A stretch of DNA of 64,000 nt from the human T2T-CHM13v2.0 reference genome, Homo sapiens, in assembly GCF_009914755.1 (NCBI RefSeq), contig NC_060939.1. The stretch is one strand, 5' to 3'. Position 1 is the stretch's first letter, and each line of letters opens with the position of its first letter. Shown in pieces: positions 13,473-26,069 of the stretch. The notes beneath the pieces are model-generated. The model was not told where the DNA came from, searched no databases, and saw nothing but the letters and a program-made list of their open reading frames with translations. The position numbers were made by a program, and so were the translations under genes.

Positions 13473-15848
13473 TTTTTTTAAAAAAATATAATTTAATTTT
13501 AAGTCCGGGATACATGTGCAGGATGTGCAGGATTGTCACATAGGTAAACGTATGCCATGGTGGTTTGCTGCACCTATCAACCCATCACCTAGGTATTAAG
13601 CCCCACATGCATTAGCTATTAATCCTGATGCTCTCCCCGCCCCACTTCCCCAACAGGCCCCAGGGTGTGTTGTTCCCCTCCCTGTGTCCATGTGTTTTCA
13701 TTGTTCAGCTCCCACTTATAAATGAGAACATACAGTGTTTGGTTTTCTGTCCCTTCATTAGTTTGCTGAGGATAATGGCTTCCAGCACCATCCATTTCCC
13801 TGCAAAGGACATGATCTCATTCCTTTTTGTGGCTGCATACAATTCCATGGTGTATATGTAGCACATTTTCTTTATCCAGTCTATCATTGATGGAAATTTG
13901 GGTTGGTTCCATGTCATTGCCATTGTGAATAGCCTTACAGTGAACATATATGTGCATGTTTCTTTATAATAGAATAATTTATATTCCTTTGGGTATATAC
14001 CCAGTAATGGGATTGCTAGATCAAATGGTATTTCTGGTTTTAGGTCTTTCAGGAATTGCCACACTGTCTTCCACAATGGTTGAACTAATTTACATTCCCA
14101 TCAATAGTGTAAAAGTGTTCTAATTTCTCCACAACCTCACCAGTATCTGTTCTTTCTTGACTTTTTAATAATCGCCATTCTGACTGGCATGAAATGGTAT
14201 CTCATTGTGGTTTTGATCTGCATTTCCCTACTGATTAGTGATGTTGAGCTTTCTTACATATGGTTTTTGGCTGCATAACTGACTTCTTCTGAGAAATGTC
14301 TGTTCATGTACTTCACCCAATTTTTAATGGGGTTGTTTGTTTTTTTCTTGTAAATTTGTTTAAGTTCCTTGTAGACTCTGAATATTAGACCTCTGTCAGA
14401 TGGATAGATTGCAAAATTTTTCTCCTATTCTGTAGGTTGTCTGTTCACTCTGATGATAGTTTCTTTTGCTATCATCAGAAGCTCTTTATTTTAATTAGAT
14501 CTGATTTATGAATTTTTTCTTTTGTTGCAATTGTATTTGATGTTTCGTTATGAAATCATTACTTATGCCTATGTCCTGAATGGTAATACCTAGAGTTTCT
14601 TCTAGGATTTTACTCCCAATTATATGATCAATTGTAGAGCAAGTGTCATGTGGCACCAAGAAGAATGTATATTCTGTTGTTTTGGGTGGAGAGTTCTGTA
14701 GATATCTATCAGGTCCACTTGATCCAGACCTGAGTTCAAGTCCTGAATTTCCTAGTTAATTTTCTGTCTCAATGATCTAATATAGACAGTGGGGTGTTAA
14801 AGTCTCTCACTATTATTGTATGGGAGTCTAAGACTCATGATAGGTCTCTAAGAAATTGTTTTATGAATCTGAATGCTCCTGTCTTGGGTGCATATGTATT
14901 TAGAATTAATTCTTATTGAATTGAACCTTTTACCATTATGTAATGCCCTTTGACTTTTTAAATGTTTTTTTGGTTTAAAGTCTGTTTTGTCAGAAACTAG
15001 AATTGCAACCTCTGCTTTTTTGTGCTTTCCATTTGCTTGGTAAATTTTCCTCCATCCCTTTATTTTGAGCCTATGTGTGTCTTTGCATATCAGATGGGTC
15101 TCTTGAATACAGCACACCAATGTGTCTTGACTCTTTATCCAGTTTGCTATTCTGTGCCTTTCAATAGGGGCATTTAGCCCATTTACATTTAAGGTTAATA
15201 TTGTTATGTGTGAATTTGATCCTGTCATCATGATGCTAGCTGGTTATTTGGCAGACGTGTTGATGTAGTTGCTTCATAATGTCATTGGTCTTTGTACTTC
15301 AGTGTTTTTTTTTCAGTGCCTGGTAATGTTTATTCCTTTTCATATTTAGTGCTTCCTTCAGGAGCTCTTGCAAGGCAGGCCTAGTGGTAATGAATTGCCT
15401 TATCATTCGCTTGTCTGAAAAGGATTTTATTTCTCCATCATTTATGAAGCTTAGTTTGGCTGGATATGAAATTCTTGGTTGGAAATTCTTTTCTTTAAGA
15501 ATGTTGAATATTGGCCCCCAATCTTTCTGGCTTGTAGAGTTTCTACTGAGAGGTCTGCTGTTAGTCTTATGGGCTTCCCTTTATAGAAGATCTGGCCTTT
15601 CTGTCTTGCTACCCTGAACAATTTTTCCTTCATTTTGACCTAGGAGAATCTAAAGATTATGTGTCTTGGAGTTGATCTTCCCATGGAGTATCTTACTAGG
15701 GTTCTCTGGATTCCTGAACATGAATATTGGCCTATCTTGTTAAGTTGGGGAAGTTCTCCTGGATGATATCCTGAAGTATGTTTTCCAACTTGGTTCCATT
15801 CTCCCCATCTCCTTCAGGTACTCCAAACAGTCATAGGTTTGGCCTTTT
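13473..15848 (-). mobile_element. L1PA8-like, 5'-truncated in ORF1, with ~2.3 kb internal deletion
   Basis: 3'UTR aggtattaagccccacatgcattagc; ORF track 13705-14076 is ORF2 C-terminus, 14848-15231 is the EN N-terminus (MTGSNSHITILTLNVNG), 15451-15633 is ORF1 C-terminus; jump at 14608-14612. Confidence 0.93.
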
Positions 15849-15849
15849 C

Positions 15850-15995
15850 CCTTCTCGTCTTATAAGGACACTAATTATTTCAGATTAAGACTCCACCACT
15901 ATTATTTCATTTAACCTCAATTACATCCTCAAAACCCTATCTCCAAATATACTCACATTGAGGTTTAGGGTTTTCACACATGAATTTCAAGGGAT
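15850..15995 (-). mobile_element. MLT1A-type LTR, 5' part (terminal ~20 bp missing)
   Basis: cttataaggacactaat...ctatctccaaatatactcacattgaggtttaggg...tgaattt. Confidence 0.8.
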
Positions 15996-16919
15996 CTAAA
16001 ACAAGTACAAAACCAGGCAAGTCAAATTGTTCCATTTGATCTTAAGGCTAAAGAGCACTCTTCTTTAGTTTAATAGTCTTTTCTCCAGGACCACTGAGAT
16101 AGGAGCATCACACCCACACTATGGGTCAATTTCCTGTTCCCAAAGCTCATGGAAGTCCCATTCCAATGGTTCTGCAGCATGCTCCTAACCCCCAATGCTT
16201 TAGGCAGAAGCTTCTTGGCCTGTTGAAACCAAGGAAGTATCCCTGATCTCTGAATTGCCTGGATAATTCAGAGCCCATCCATAGTGCAATAAATGGGGCA
16301 TTCTTCCTCTTCCTGGAAAATAGTGCATGTGTGCAGCCAAATAGCTTTATCTTCTCATTCTGTCCAATTATCCCATCTTTATCCCTTTTAGTTCCAACTG
16401 GCAGTGTCTGTGCTCATATAATTCCATAGTTCTTTATTGAAGGACAGTCTAGTAGTCACACCGTTGGTGTTCTCTTCAGAACATGCTTTCTCATTTATTG
16501 CATTATGGATGGGATGAGAATTTTCAATTTTCAAGTTCTGGTTCCTTTTTGCTTAACAATTCCTTCTTTATCTCTTCCTTTGCATTTTACTATAAGGAAT
16601 CAAAAGAAAGCAACCACCTTTTCAACACTTTGCTTAAAAATTTTATCAGCTAAATAACAACTCTCATCACTCACAATTTCTACCTTCCATTAAATACTAG
16701 AATGCATTTCCATCAAGTTCTTTGCTGCTTTATAATAAGAATCATCTTCCTCCCATTCCTAATCATATGCTCCTAATTTTCATCTGAGACCCTACTAGAA
16801 TCTCCTTTAACATCCATATTTCCAGGATGTACTGAAAACTCTCCAGCTTCTACCCATTAACCATTTCCAGGTGCTTAGGTATTGGTTGCAGCAGCACCTG
16901 GTTTCTCAGTATTAAAATC
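15996..16919 (-). mobile_element. MaLR-type internal sequence (MLT-int-like), 3' end deleted
   Basis: gatcttaaggct..ctcttcttt; ctccagcttctacccatt...gcagcacc..tttctcagtattaaaatc, typical of the MaLR internal 5' end. Confidence 0.7.
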
Positions 16920-16990
16920 TGTATTAATCTGTGCTCTTCAGAGAAACAGAATCAATAGATCAATAGATGATAGATAGATAGATAGACAGA

Positions 16991-17482
16991 TTGCCAAATG
17001 CCAGGGGTTTATCTAAGGTCCATTTTCTCACAGCACAGAAAGTCAATCACTGAGATGAGTATTGCCAGGGAAGAAAGGCTTTAATGTTGGTGATGTCAGC
17101 CAGGTAATGGGAGATAAGTCTCAAATCCATCTCCCCAACTGATTAAAATTAGGAGTTTATATAGAGAGGAAGGAATGTAATTACACACAGGAAAACAGGA
17201 ATTTGTGAGGGGTAAGAAAGAGGCACTGGTCAACAGGAAGCAGATGGTGAGTTAGGCAATCATGACAGATAAGGGGTCTGGCATCTCATTGTCTGGTAAG
17301 ACCGTGATCTGGTCAGTTTCAGTTCCCTGATACTCTCTGGGAGGCCTGAGGATTGGTTTCCTGAGAAAGGAACCCAGATAAGACAAGTTTAAGTTTCAAG
17401 GCTTAAGACTGTGAGGGTTAAATCCTATGTTTATTTAAAAAACCCAAAACATCAGTTCTATGGGAAAATTGGGCTGGTTTCA
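16991..17482 (-). mobile_element. ERV1 solo LTR (MER31A-like)
   Basis: Reverse complement starts TGAAACCAGCCCAATTTTCCCATAGAACTGATG; inserted in the (TAGA)n tract of MLT2. Confidence 0.75.
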
Positions 17483-17483
17483 G

Positions 17484-17502
17484 GTAGATAGATGGATGGA
17501 TG

Positions 17503-17544
<42 letters not shown>

Positions 17545-17545
17545 C
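17484..17545. repeat. (GATG)n/(GATA)n tetranucleotide STR
   Basis: Direct reading; a sister tract lies at 16956-16990. Confidence 0.95.
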
Positions 17546-17972
17546 AAATTTATTTTAAGACATTAACCCATGAAATTTTGAAAGCTGAGAAGTCCCAAGA
17601 TCTCTAGTCAGCAAGGCGGGAAACCTATGGTATAGATTCCAGTCTGAAGGACAGCAGACTTGACACTCAAGAAAAACTAAAGCTTCAGTCCAAGTCCAAA
17701 GGCTGGAAAAGACAAATATCTCACCTTAAAATACTCAGGCAGGAGAAGTTTCTTCTTATTTATAAGTAGATCAGGCTTTTTGTTCTATTCAGACCTTTAA
17801 GTGACTGGATAAGGGCAACTAACCTTAGAAAGGGCAACTTGATATATTCAGTCTGCTTATTCATATGTTAATCTTATCCAAAAACACCTTTGCAATTACT
17901 CCAAGAATAACGTTTGACCAAATATCTGGGCACCACATGGCCCAGTCAAGTTAGCACATAAAATTAACAACA

Positions 17973-18680
17973 TCCTTCCAGGGGGAGGTATGTCCAATGT
18001 AGATAATTTATAATTAAGTTGGTGGTTGGTCTCCTTTAGGGATGGTTCTGTGTCAGGAACTTAGCCTTGGTGTCTTTGGCAGAGTTGATATCTAGCAGGG
18101 GAAGTAGCTAGATCAGATTTGGCAAGTACAAGTTCATACTGTTGGGTCCATGCTTAGTATCAATCTTTACCACTATAGCTACTCTATATGCCCATATGCA
18201 ACCACTCCAACAGTAAGCTCATATGATACTTCAAGTCTCTATACATCAATATCAACTAGGACCCAACTTCAAAAGTATTCAAAATATTTCCATGTTCTTC
18301 TCTGCCCAGTCTACTGTTACCTGAGTAAATAATCATGTGTTTATTTAGGAAAGGAATGGGAAAGTTTGCATATACACATACTGTTGCAGAGTCTTAATTC
18401 CTGGGAGACCTAGGCACTACTTAAGCCAGTAAGTCTGGACCCGAAAACTTGCAGAAACTGGATAACATATTGTGACTTATTGAAGTGGCTGCCTTTATCT
18501 ACAAATTATGCTTCCTTAGTTTATTTTGATCTTACAGATTGAGAAGGATCCTCCTTTGCTATCCAAGTGTTTTGACCCTGTGGAAACTAAGTTTTGTTAC
18601 CTATGGCTCTCTACAGGTCAAGACCATTGGTTTCCACTTGACCATACTGATAATTATAATAATTACATTCAACTGGCTTC
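17973..18680 (-). mobile_element. ERVL internal, continuation (integrase N-terminal region)
   Basis: Reverse complement gives AWTQQYELVLAKSDL and TIPKGDQPPT...YIG...PWKG, matching ERVL AWAQQHGLPLTKADL and TIPRGDQPATWWQVDYIG. Confidence 0.75.
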
Positions 18681-19067
18681 TTTGTTAGACCATTCTTTCA
18701 TTGCTATAAATAAATACCTGAGACTGGGTAATTTAAAATGAAAAGAGGCTTAATTGGCTCACGATGCTGCAGGCTGTACAGGAAGCATGGTGCTGGCATC
18801 TGCTTCTGGTGAGTGTCTCAGGAAACTCACAATTATGACAGAAGGTGAAGGGAAGCCAGCACATCACATGGGGAGAGGAAGCAACAAGGGAAACGGGGAG
18901 GTGCCACACACTTTTAAGCAACCAGATCTTGCAAGAACTCACTATTGTACCAAGACATGAGGGATCTGCCTACAAGACCCAAACACTTCTCATCAGGTTC
19001 CATCTCCAGCATTGGGGATTACATTTCAACATGAGATCTGGGTGGGACAAACACCCAAAGTTTATCA
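18681..19067 (-). mobile_element. MSTA-like MaLR solo LTR with 5-bp TSD
   Basis: ttgctataaataaatacctgagactgggtaattta...caacatgagat; TSD GCTTC at 18676-18680 and 19068-19072. Confidence 0.9.
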
Positions 19068-19072
19068 GCTTC

Positions 19073-19580
19073 TGATGATCGCGCGATGCCACCTGTTTTC
19101 TTCTGTTTTCTTTTCTTTTGTCCGTTCTTCATGTCCACTGCTATCACTGAGCCTTGTTCTCTATTGAACTTTCCCATCAACAGTTTCTGGCCTACAGATG
19201 GGAGACACCTTTGAGCTTCTTAGTGATACTAGTGCCCCTTATGCTAGTTTCCTCCTAAATGATTTTTAAAAATAATCAAGCCCTTCTATGGAACAGTCAT
19301 TTGATGGGTGTTTCTACTTTTCATTGTATACCTCCTCCAGCATGCTCATTTCTCGGACTTTTAAATCCCTGTTTTCCAGCACCTGCCATAGTAATTCTGG
19401 TATGCCCACTTTGCTTAATTTAAGTCATCACTTTCTCTCTGCCTTTAGGAGCCATGCTAGCAGCATGTTTGCACTATTTCACTTGCTTCTTTCAATGGTG
19501 TTGAATACTGTATTTGGGGAGAGTACTCCCAAATTGATAACTTTCTCTTATTCCATCTTATCTTACACCCTCATGGACCT
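19073..19580 (-). mobile_element. ERVL internal, gag remnant
   Basis: tgagcttcttagtgatactagtgcccct resembles antisense ERVL gag (RGAPASLRSS). Confidence 0.55.
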
Positions 19581-19937
19581 CAAATTCTAGTTTCATACAT
19601 ACTCTCCCAATTTCTGCAATATATTTTGGCTAAGACTGCAGCTCCTTACCAAAACAGAAATATGGTGCTTTTCTCTTTTTGCACTGATACAAAGGTTGAT
19701 ACATGCTATTTTGCATAGAAGAGGTCTCTTCATTATCTTCTTGCTAAGGGAAACACTACCACATAATAGAGAAGACTGTGCTACTTCTGTAGGTTCAGCG
19801 AATTTAGGAGAATATGGGTATTTTGGTACATTAATCCAGATATCGTATTTCACCTACGTTATCTTATTAGCATACAATAGCATACAATTGTTCATACTAT
19901 TCCATTATAATAATTAACAGCACATAATACATCTAAT

Positions 19938-20133
19938 TTATTTATTATTTTATTTATTTTTGAAAATGGAGTCTCACTATGTTGCTCAGGCTGGACTCAA
20001 CTCCTGGAAGTTCAGGAATTTAATGAAAGCAATTCCCTGGGAGAACTCCTGGGAGTTCGAGAATTCATTGAGCAACTCCTGCCTCAGCCTCCCAAGTAGG
20101 TTGGAATATAGGCATGTGCCACTGCAACCAGCC
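19938..20133 (-). mobile_element. FLAM (Alu monomer) with internal rearrangement
   Basis: gtctcactatgttgctcaggctgg...gcctcagcctcccaagtag...gccactgcaaccagcc with ~70 bp extra. Confidence 0.8.
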
Positions 20134-22073
20134 CTTATAAGCACTTTTATTTTTGCAAGATTGGCAGCAATGTCCATTCTCATGTGTATGACTTTCATAA
20201 TTCGACTCTTCTTTGTTTTTTTTTTCAGTTAGACTACTTAAGGTTTTGTCAATTTTGTCGATCTTTTGAAGGAATTAATATTTGCTTACCTTGATTTTCT
20301 TTTATTCTACTCTTTAATTTTTTTCTCTGTTTAGTATTTCCTTTGTTATGTTTGCTACATATTTAGTTTATTCTTTATCTTCTATTTTCTTTATCTGAAA
20401 ATTAATTTATTTATTTGAGATCTTTCTACTTTTTTATTATAGCATTTACAGCTATAAATTTCCCTATTAACACAGTTTTAGCTGCATACTGTATGTTTTG
20501 GTATGTGTTGCTTTCAGTCCCATTCATATTGAAGTATTTATTTATATAAATTTTTTATGATCTTTTTTCTGTCTTACTAGTTTATTTTGCAGCGTGTTCT
20601 TTAATTTTCATATATTTGTGAATTTTCCAAGTATTCTTTTGTTATTTATTTCTACTTTCATTCTGTTGTGGACTAAGGACATACTTTTGTATTAATTTTA
20701 AATTTTAAAAAATGTTGAGGCTTATTTTATGGCCTAACGTATAGTTGACCCTGGAGAATGCTTCATTTGCACTTGAGAAGAATGTGTATATTATTCTTGT
20801 TGGGTGCAGGGTTGTACAGTTTTCTGTGAGGTTTTGTTGATTTATAGTGTCGTTCAAGCTTTCTATTTCTTTGTTGATTTTTTATTTAGTTGTTCAATTC
20901 ATTATTGAAAGTGTAGTATTGAAGTCTCCAAATACTATATTATATGTTTAGTTGATTATTTGATTAGGTGAGTATATGTTTATACTTGTTATATATTTCT
21001 GATGGCTTGGCCCTTTTATTATTATAAGATGTTCCTCTTAATCTCTAGTAACATTTTATGTTTTAATGTTTCTCCTTTATAATATTAGCATAACCATCTC
21101 AGTTCTTTTGTGGTTGTAGTCTGCAAGTTGTTTCAGGTTGTTTACATATTACAATCTAAAATATGTCTCTTGTAGCTCAAATCTAACAATCTTTTCCTTT
21201 TGATTGGACTATTTAATCTATTTACATTTAATGTTATTGACATGATTGTATGTACTTCTGCCATTTTGCTTTTTGCTTTCTATATGCCTCATGTCTTTTT
21301 CTGCCTTGATTACTTGTTTTGGTCTTCTCATATTAAATGAATATTTTCTAATGGAATATTTAAATATTTTAATAATATTAATTATATTTTTAGGTATTTC
21401 CTTAGTGGTTTCCTGAAGGACTATGATATTCCCTCAACTTATCAGAATCTACATTAGATTTACAGTCACTTAGTTCCAGTGAAATATCAAAATTTACTTC
21501 TATATAGCTCAATTCCCACCCTGAGTTGTTGTGCTATTATTGCTAAATAAATTATGTCTTTGTATGCTACAAGCCCCAAAATACACTGATAAAATCATTG
21601 CTTTATAATACTTTAAGGTTTTTAAGGAAGCTAAGAGAAGAAAGGAGATAAATCACATATTATAGACTTTGCTATATTAATCTCCTTATTTGCTCTTTCT
21701 GGTTCTCTTTATTTCTTCCTAGGTATTTGAGTTGTGGTATCATTTTCTCATTCCTATATAGCTTTATTTCTACCTACTTCCTCTATGCTCTTATTTTCAA
21801 ATATATTACATTTCTACATATTATAGGCTCAATAATATAATTATTTACATATTTTTAACAATTGCTTTTTAAAATGGTTACGAGAAGAAAAAAACAAATA
21901 GGAAATTATCTCATTTTTTGTAGTTGCCTACCTAATTGCCTTTTTGAGTGTTTTTTTTTTCTCTCTGTGGATTTGATTACTGACTGGTTTAACTTGCTTT
22001 CAGTTTGATTAATTTCCTTTGGTATTTTTGAAAAGCAGTTCTTATAGAAACAATTATCTGGGGTTTTATTTAG

Positions 22074-22472
<399 letters not shown>

Positions 22473-24030
22473 TGACAGTTATTTTTACTTTTAGCCCTTT
22501 AAGTATGTCACCCCACTGCTTTCTGACCTCCATTGTTTCTGTTGCAAAGTCAGCTATTAATTTTAGTGGAATCTCCTGGTACTTGAGTACTTTTCCTCTT
22601 ACCAGTTTCAAAATATTATGTTTATCTCTGGGTTTTAACGTGTTGACTATGATGTGTGTGGGTGTTGATATATCTCTGCATTTATCCTCCTTCTAGTTCA
22701 TTAATTGATCTTGGATGTTTAGATAATGTCTTCATCAAATTTTGGAAGTTTTCATTCATTTTTTCTTTGAATATTTATTTGTCCTTTTCTCTCTTGCCTA
22801 TACTTCTGGTAACTCCATTATATGTATGTTAATGTATTTATTGTTATCCCACATTTTTCTGAGGCTGCCTGCATGTTTTTATTATTTTTTTCTCTACTCT
22901 TCAGATTGCATGATCTCTTTTGAATCTATCTTCAAATCTACACATTCTTTCTCATGCTTCCTTGTATCTACTGTTGAACCCTGCTAGTAAACTTTTAATT
23001 TTGTTTTTATTTTACTTCTAATATAGAATTTCCATTTGATTCCTTTCGATATTTTTCTATCTGTATTGATATATAATACATTTGATAAGACATTGTCATT
23101 ATAATCATTAATTATTGAAATACGGTTTTTCTTTAGTCTTTGAACATATCTGTAATAATTGCTTGGAGGTGTTTTATAATTCACCATCTGGGCCTCTTCC
23201 AAAGCAATATTTCCATTGCCCACTTCCTTTCTTCTGTCTAACATTTTCCTATTTCTTCGTAGATGACATTTTTGTTGTTGCTGTTGAAAACTGAAATTTT
23301 AAAAATAATATATTCTAGCAAGTCCCTATTCTAATTCCCCTCACCAACACACACTAAGGGTTGTTTTGGCTGTGTATGTGGTTGTTTATTTATTTGTTTA
23401 GTAAGTTTGGTGAAGTAATTCTATAGTCTATTTCCATTATAGCATTAAATTTCTGCTGTTCCTGCTCAAATTTTAACCCATGTCTGCATCTTGACACCTG
23501 ATTAGTTACGTGTTGTCCCTGGTTCATATAAGATACTTATTCCTCAAAGGCTGCATTTAACACCTAGTAGCCAGACAGATTTTTACCTGTTTCATTGGAT
23601 GGGTGTATGTGGTTTGGAGGCTGATGTCAGAGTTTAGGAAACTCATGTTTTGATGGAGGATCTTACTCCACCATCCTAAAAGTAGTAATTACTAATAATG
23701 TTTTTCAGTATACTGTCAGTCTCCAAAGCTATTTTCAGGTGATAACCTGTCTTCATTTGAAGGCATACATACTGAATCCTTGCCTTATGCACTTTTTTCC
23801 ATTTTATCTAATTTATTGAACATGCTGCAGAAGAACTCCAGGAAAATTGTTTCAGCCATGGCCATTGCTAATTTCTAAAAGGACCAAAACCAGCACTTCA
23901 TTGAACTGGTCATTAATTGCTTGAACTCCATGTGTCAAGAGAAACAACCTTTTACTTAAGTACTAGTGCATAAGTACCCTGAGCTGACTTGGGTGAAATT
24001 CATGACAATAGGTTTTTGATGGTGGCAAAG

Positions 24031-24040
24031 CTGTCAATCA
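24031..24040 (-). promoter_or_regulatory. Perfect PBX-PREP/MEIS decamer TGATTGACAG (candidate site)
   Basis: ctgtcaatca in apparently unique DNA; motif match only. Confidence 0.3.
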
Positions 24041-26069
24041 AATCAGTTGTTTGGGGAAGTTAAAATGCTGGGTAAAGGAAAAACAGACATATCATTTGAG
24101 CTTAGTTTGTAATCTGAAAGGTGCCAAGCCATTTTCTCACTTCTTCATGATGCCTGCAGTACACTTGATTCTTTAGAACAGTGAAACCCAAAGTAACTAT
24201 GAGATAACATTTCTTGCTAAATTACATCTTTGTGTATCTTTGCAATAAACACCTATTACCAAAGGCAATGTGTGTGTGTCTTTTCCATGGAACCTTAAAG
24301 AGCCTGGCAATATATCTTGCATTTCCTACAGAGAATTATCCCCAAACATCCGTGTTAGTTTGTACAAGATGAAGTTTCCATTCTAACTACAAATGAGTTT
24401 GCATTGTTCAGGTTGTATAGCTAAGTTATGGTTCCCTGACTCTCTTTTTTGAGAGGTTTTTTGTTTAATTTAATAGAAAATCCAATTATTATGTAAATAT
24501 AAATGTAGTATAATTGCCACAAACAAGAGGCGAAACAATGAACTGATGGAGTTTCTGGAGTTTAAGGAACCTGTGATTTATGACTGACTCTCAGGTATGA
24601 TTGATACAGACAGTTCAGAGAAATGTTCTTAATCATTTTCCCCCAACATAATGTTAATATTTTCGCTTTTAGATCATCTAATATGATGCATATCAGTGAA
24701 GAAAAGTTGCTTTGGGAAGGAATGTATCACAAATTCATTTTTCTTCTTTTTCAGACTTATTAAAGACCAAGAAGCTATAAACGTCATTATTTAAAATGCC
24801 TCCCTTTAAAATGTTTCCAGCAGATGTTTATGTAGAAAAAATGCTGGATCTCTCTTGGCAAGACAGAGAAGTGACATTTCTTGAGGGTTCTGGTTGAAAA
24901 ATTTGTCTTTGCCTTCATGTCTTTAAACATCTGCAAAAACGAAATAATCTTTATTATAACTTGGAGAAAAGCAAAGTACATAGGCCCCTAATCTTTGAAA
25001 CACTCTTCAAGGAAGTGACAAAGAAAAATATTCCAAAGTTCTTTTTCTTCAGTCGAATTTCTCTGTGACTGCTGAACTTCAGAGTCACAGTTATGTCATT
25101 AAACATTGACAACTTACTTAAATGAGGGAGAAGCTAGAAAACACAAACTGAAAATTCCACTTCCTGCCTAAATTACCGATTTTCTACGTTTTCCCTGTAT
25201 GCATACTATCATTATAAGAATCCAAGACCAACTGGGAAATTTGAGATGCAATGAGAAAAAAAAGGGGTGCTAGACTGAATGAGAGAAACATGTGCCATAT
25301 TTTCTAATGGGTGTGAGGTTTTGTAAATTTTGAATTGTTTTCTTCATTCCTTCTAAATTCAAATACTTTCAGCGTCTAAGACCTCAACTGAGTTAAACTG
25401 GGCACCATCTGAAAAAGAACTGAACATAATGCTCAAATCTCAGAATGACTTGTTCTTTCTTACACAGTAACATTTTAAACAAATAATTCCAACTACCAAG
25501 AAGGTCTTTTTAATTTTTTTTTCCATTCAGGTGTTATACTCATTTGTAAAGCTACCATCCTGCCCTATACTCTTCCTCCTTTATTTTTACCTCCACGATT
25601 TTCTCTAGAACGGGTTTTATGGATTGACACCCAACTGGTGTAACATTTCTCAGCTGTACTGTTTGCTCCAAGGACTTTAAGCTGCTTTTTAGGTACGTTC
25701 GAGATCCAAGGTTTCTTTATGAACATGATGTCCTCCTATTCTCTTAAAGTAAAGGTTGCATCAGTTGCAGGGACCTAGAAGTAAAAGTGAAAAGTCTGCT
25801 AGAACTCACAAATTGATAGTACAAATTTTAGTTTGTATATTTCTTTACTATCCTATTTAATTCTATTTGAGGAATTGGGAGGGAAATAGAGAATATGAAT
25901 GATTCTTATTAAAATATGTGCCAAAATTAAATTTCTAATTTTTGATTCATTATTTTAGCAATTAATATTAGTAATAGAGTTTTCAGTGGTTTGTTTAGAA
26001 ATATATGTGTGTATGTTTTCATATAAAGCTAATGAAAAAGATTGCATTAAATTTTTTTAAAAAAGAAAA

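Larger units (their letters stand above)
16920..17972 (-). mobile_element. MLT2B-like LTR (interrupted by an ERV1 LTR at 16991-17482)
   Basis: tgtattaatc..cagagaaacagaatcaatag ... aaatatctgggcaccacatggcccagtcaagttagcacataaaattaac. Confidence 0.85.

Noticed and set aside
13628-15633. ORFs resembling endonuclease and ORF1 proteins (also at 41172-42536 and 48800-55877)
   Set aside because: Fragments of frameshifted, stop-ridden L1 ORF1/ORF2; no intact retrotransposon or host gene.
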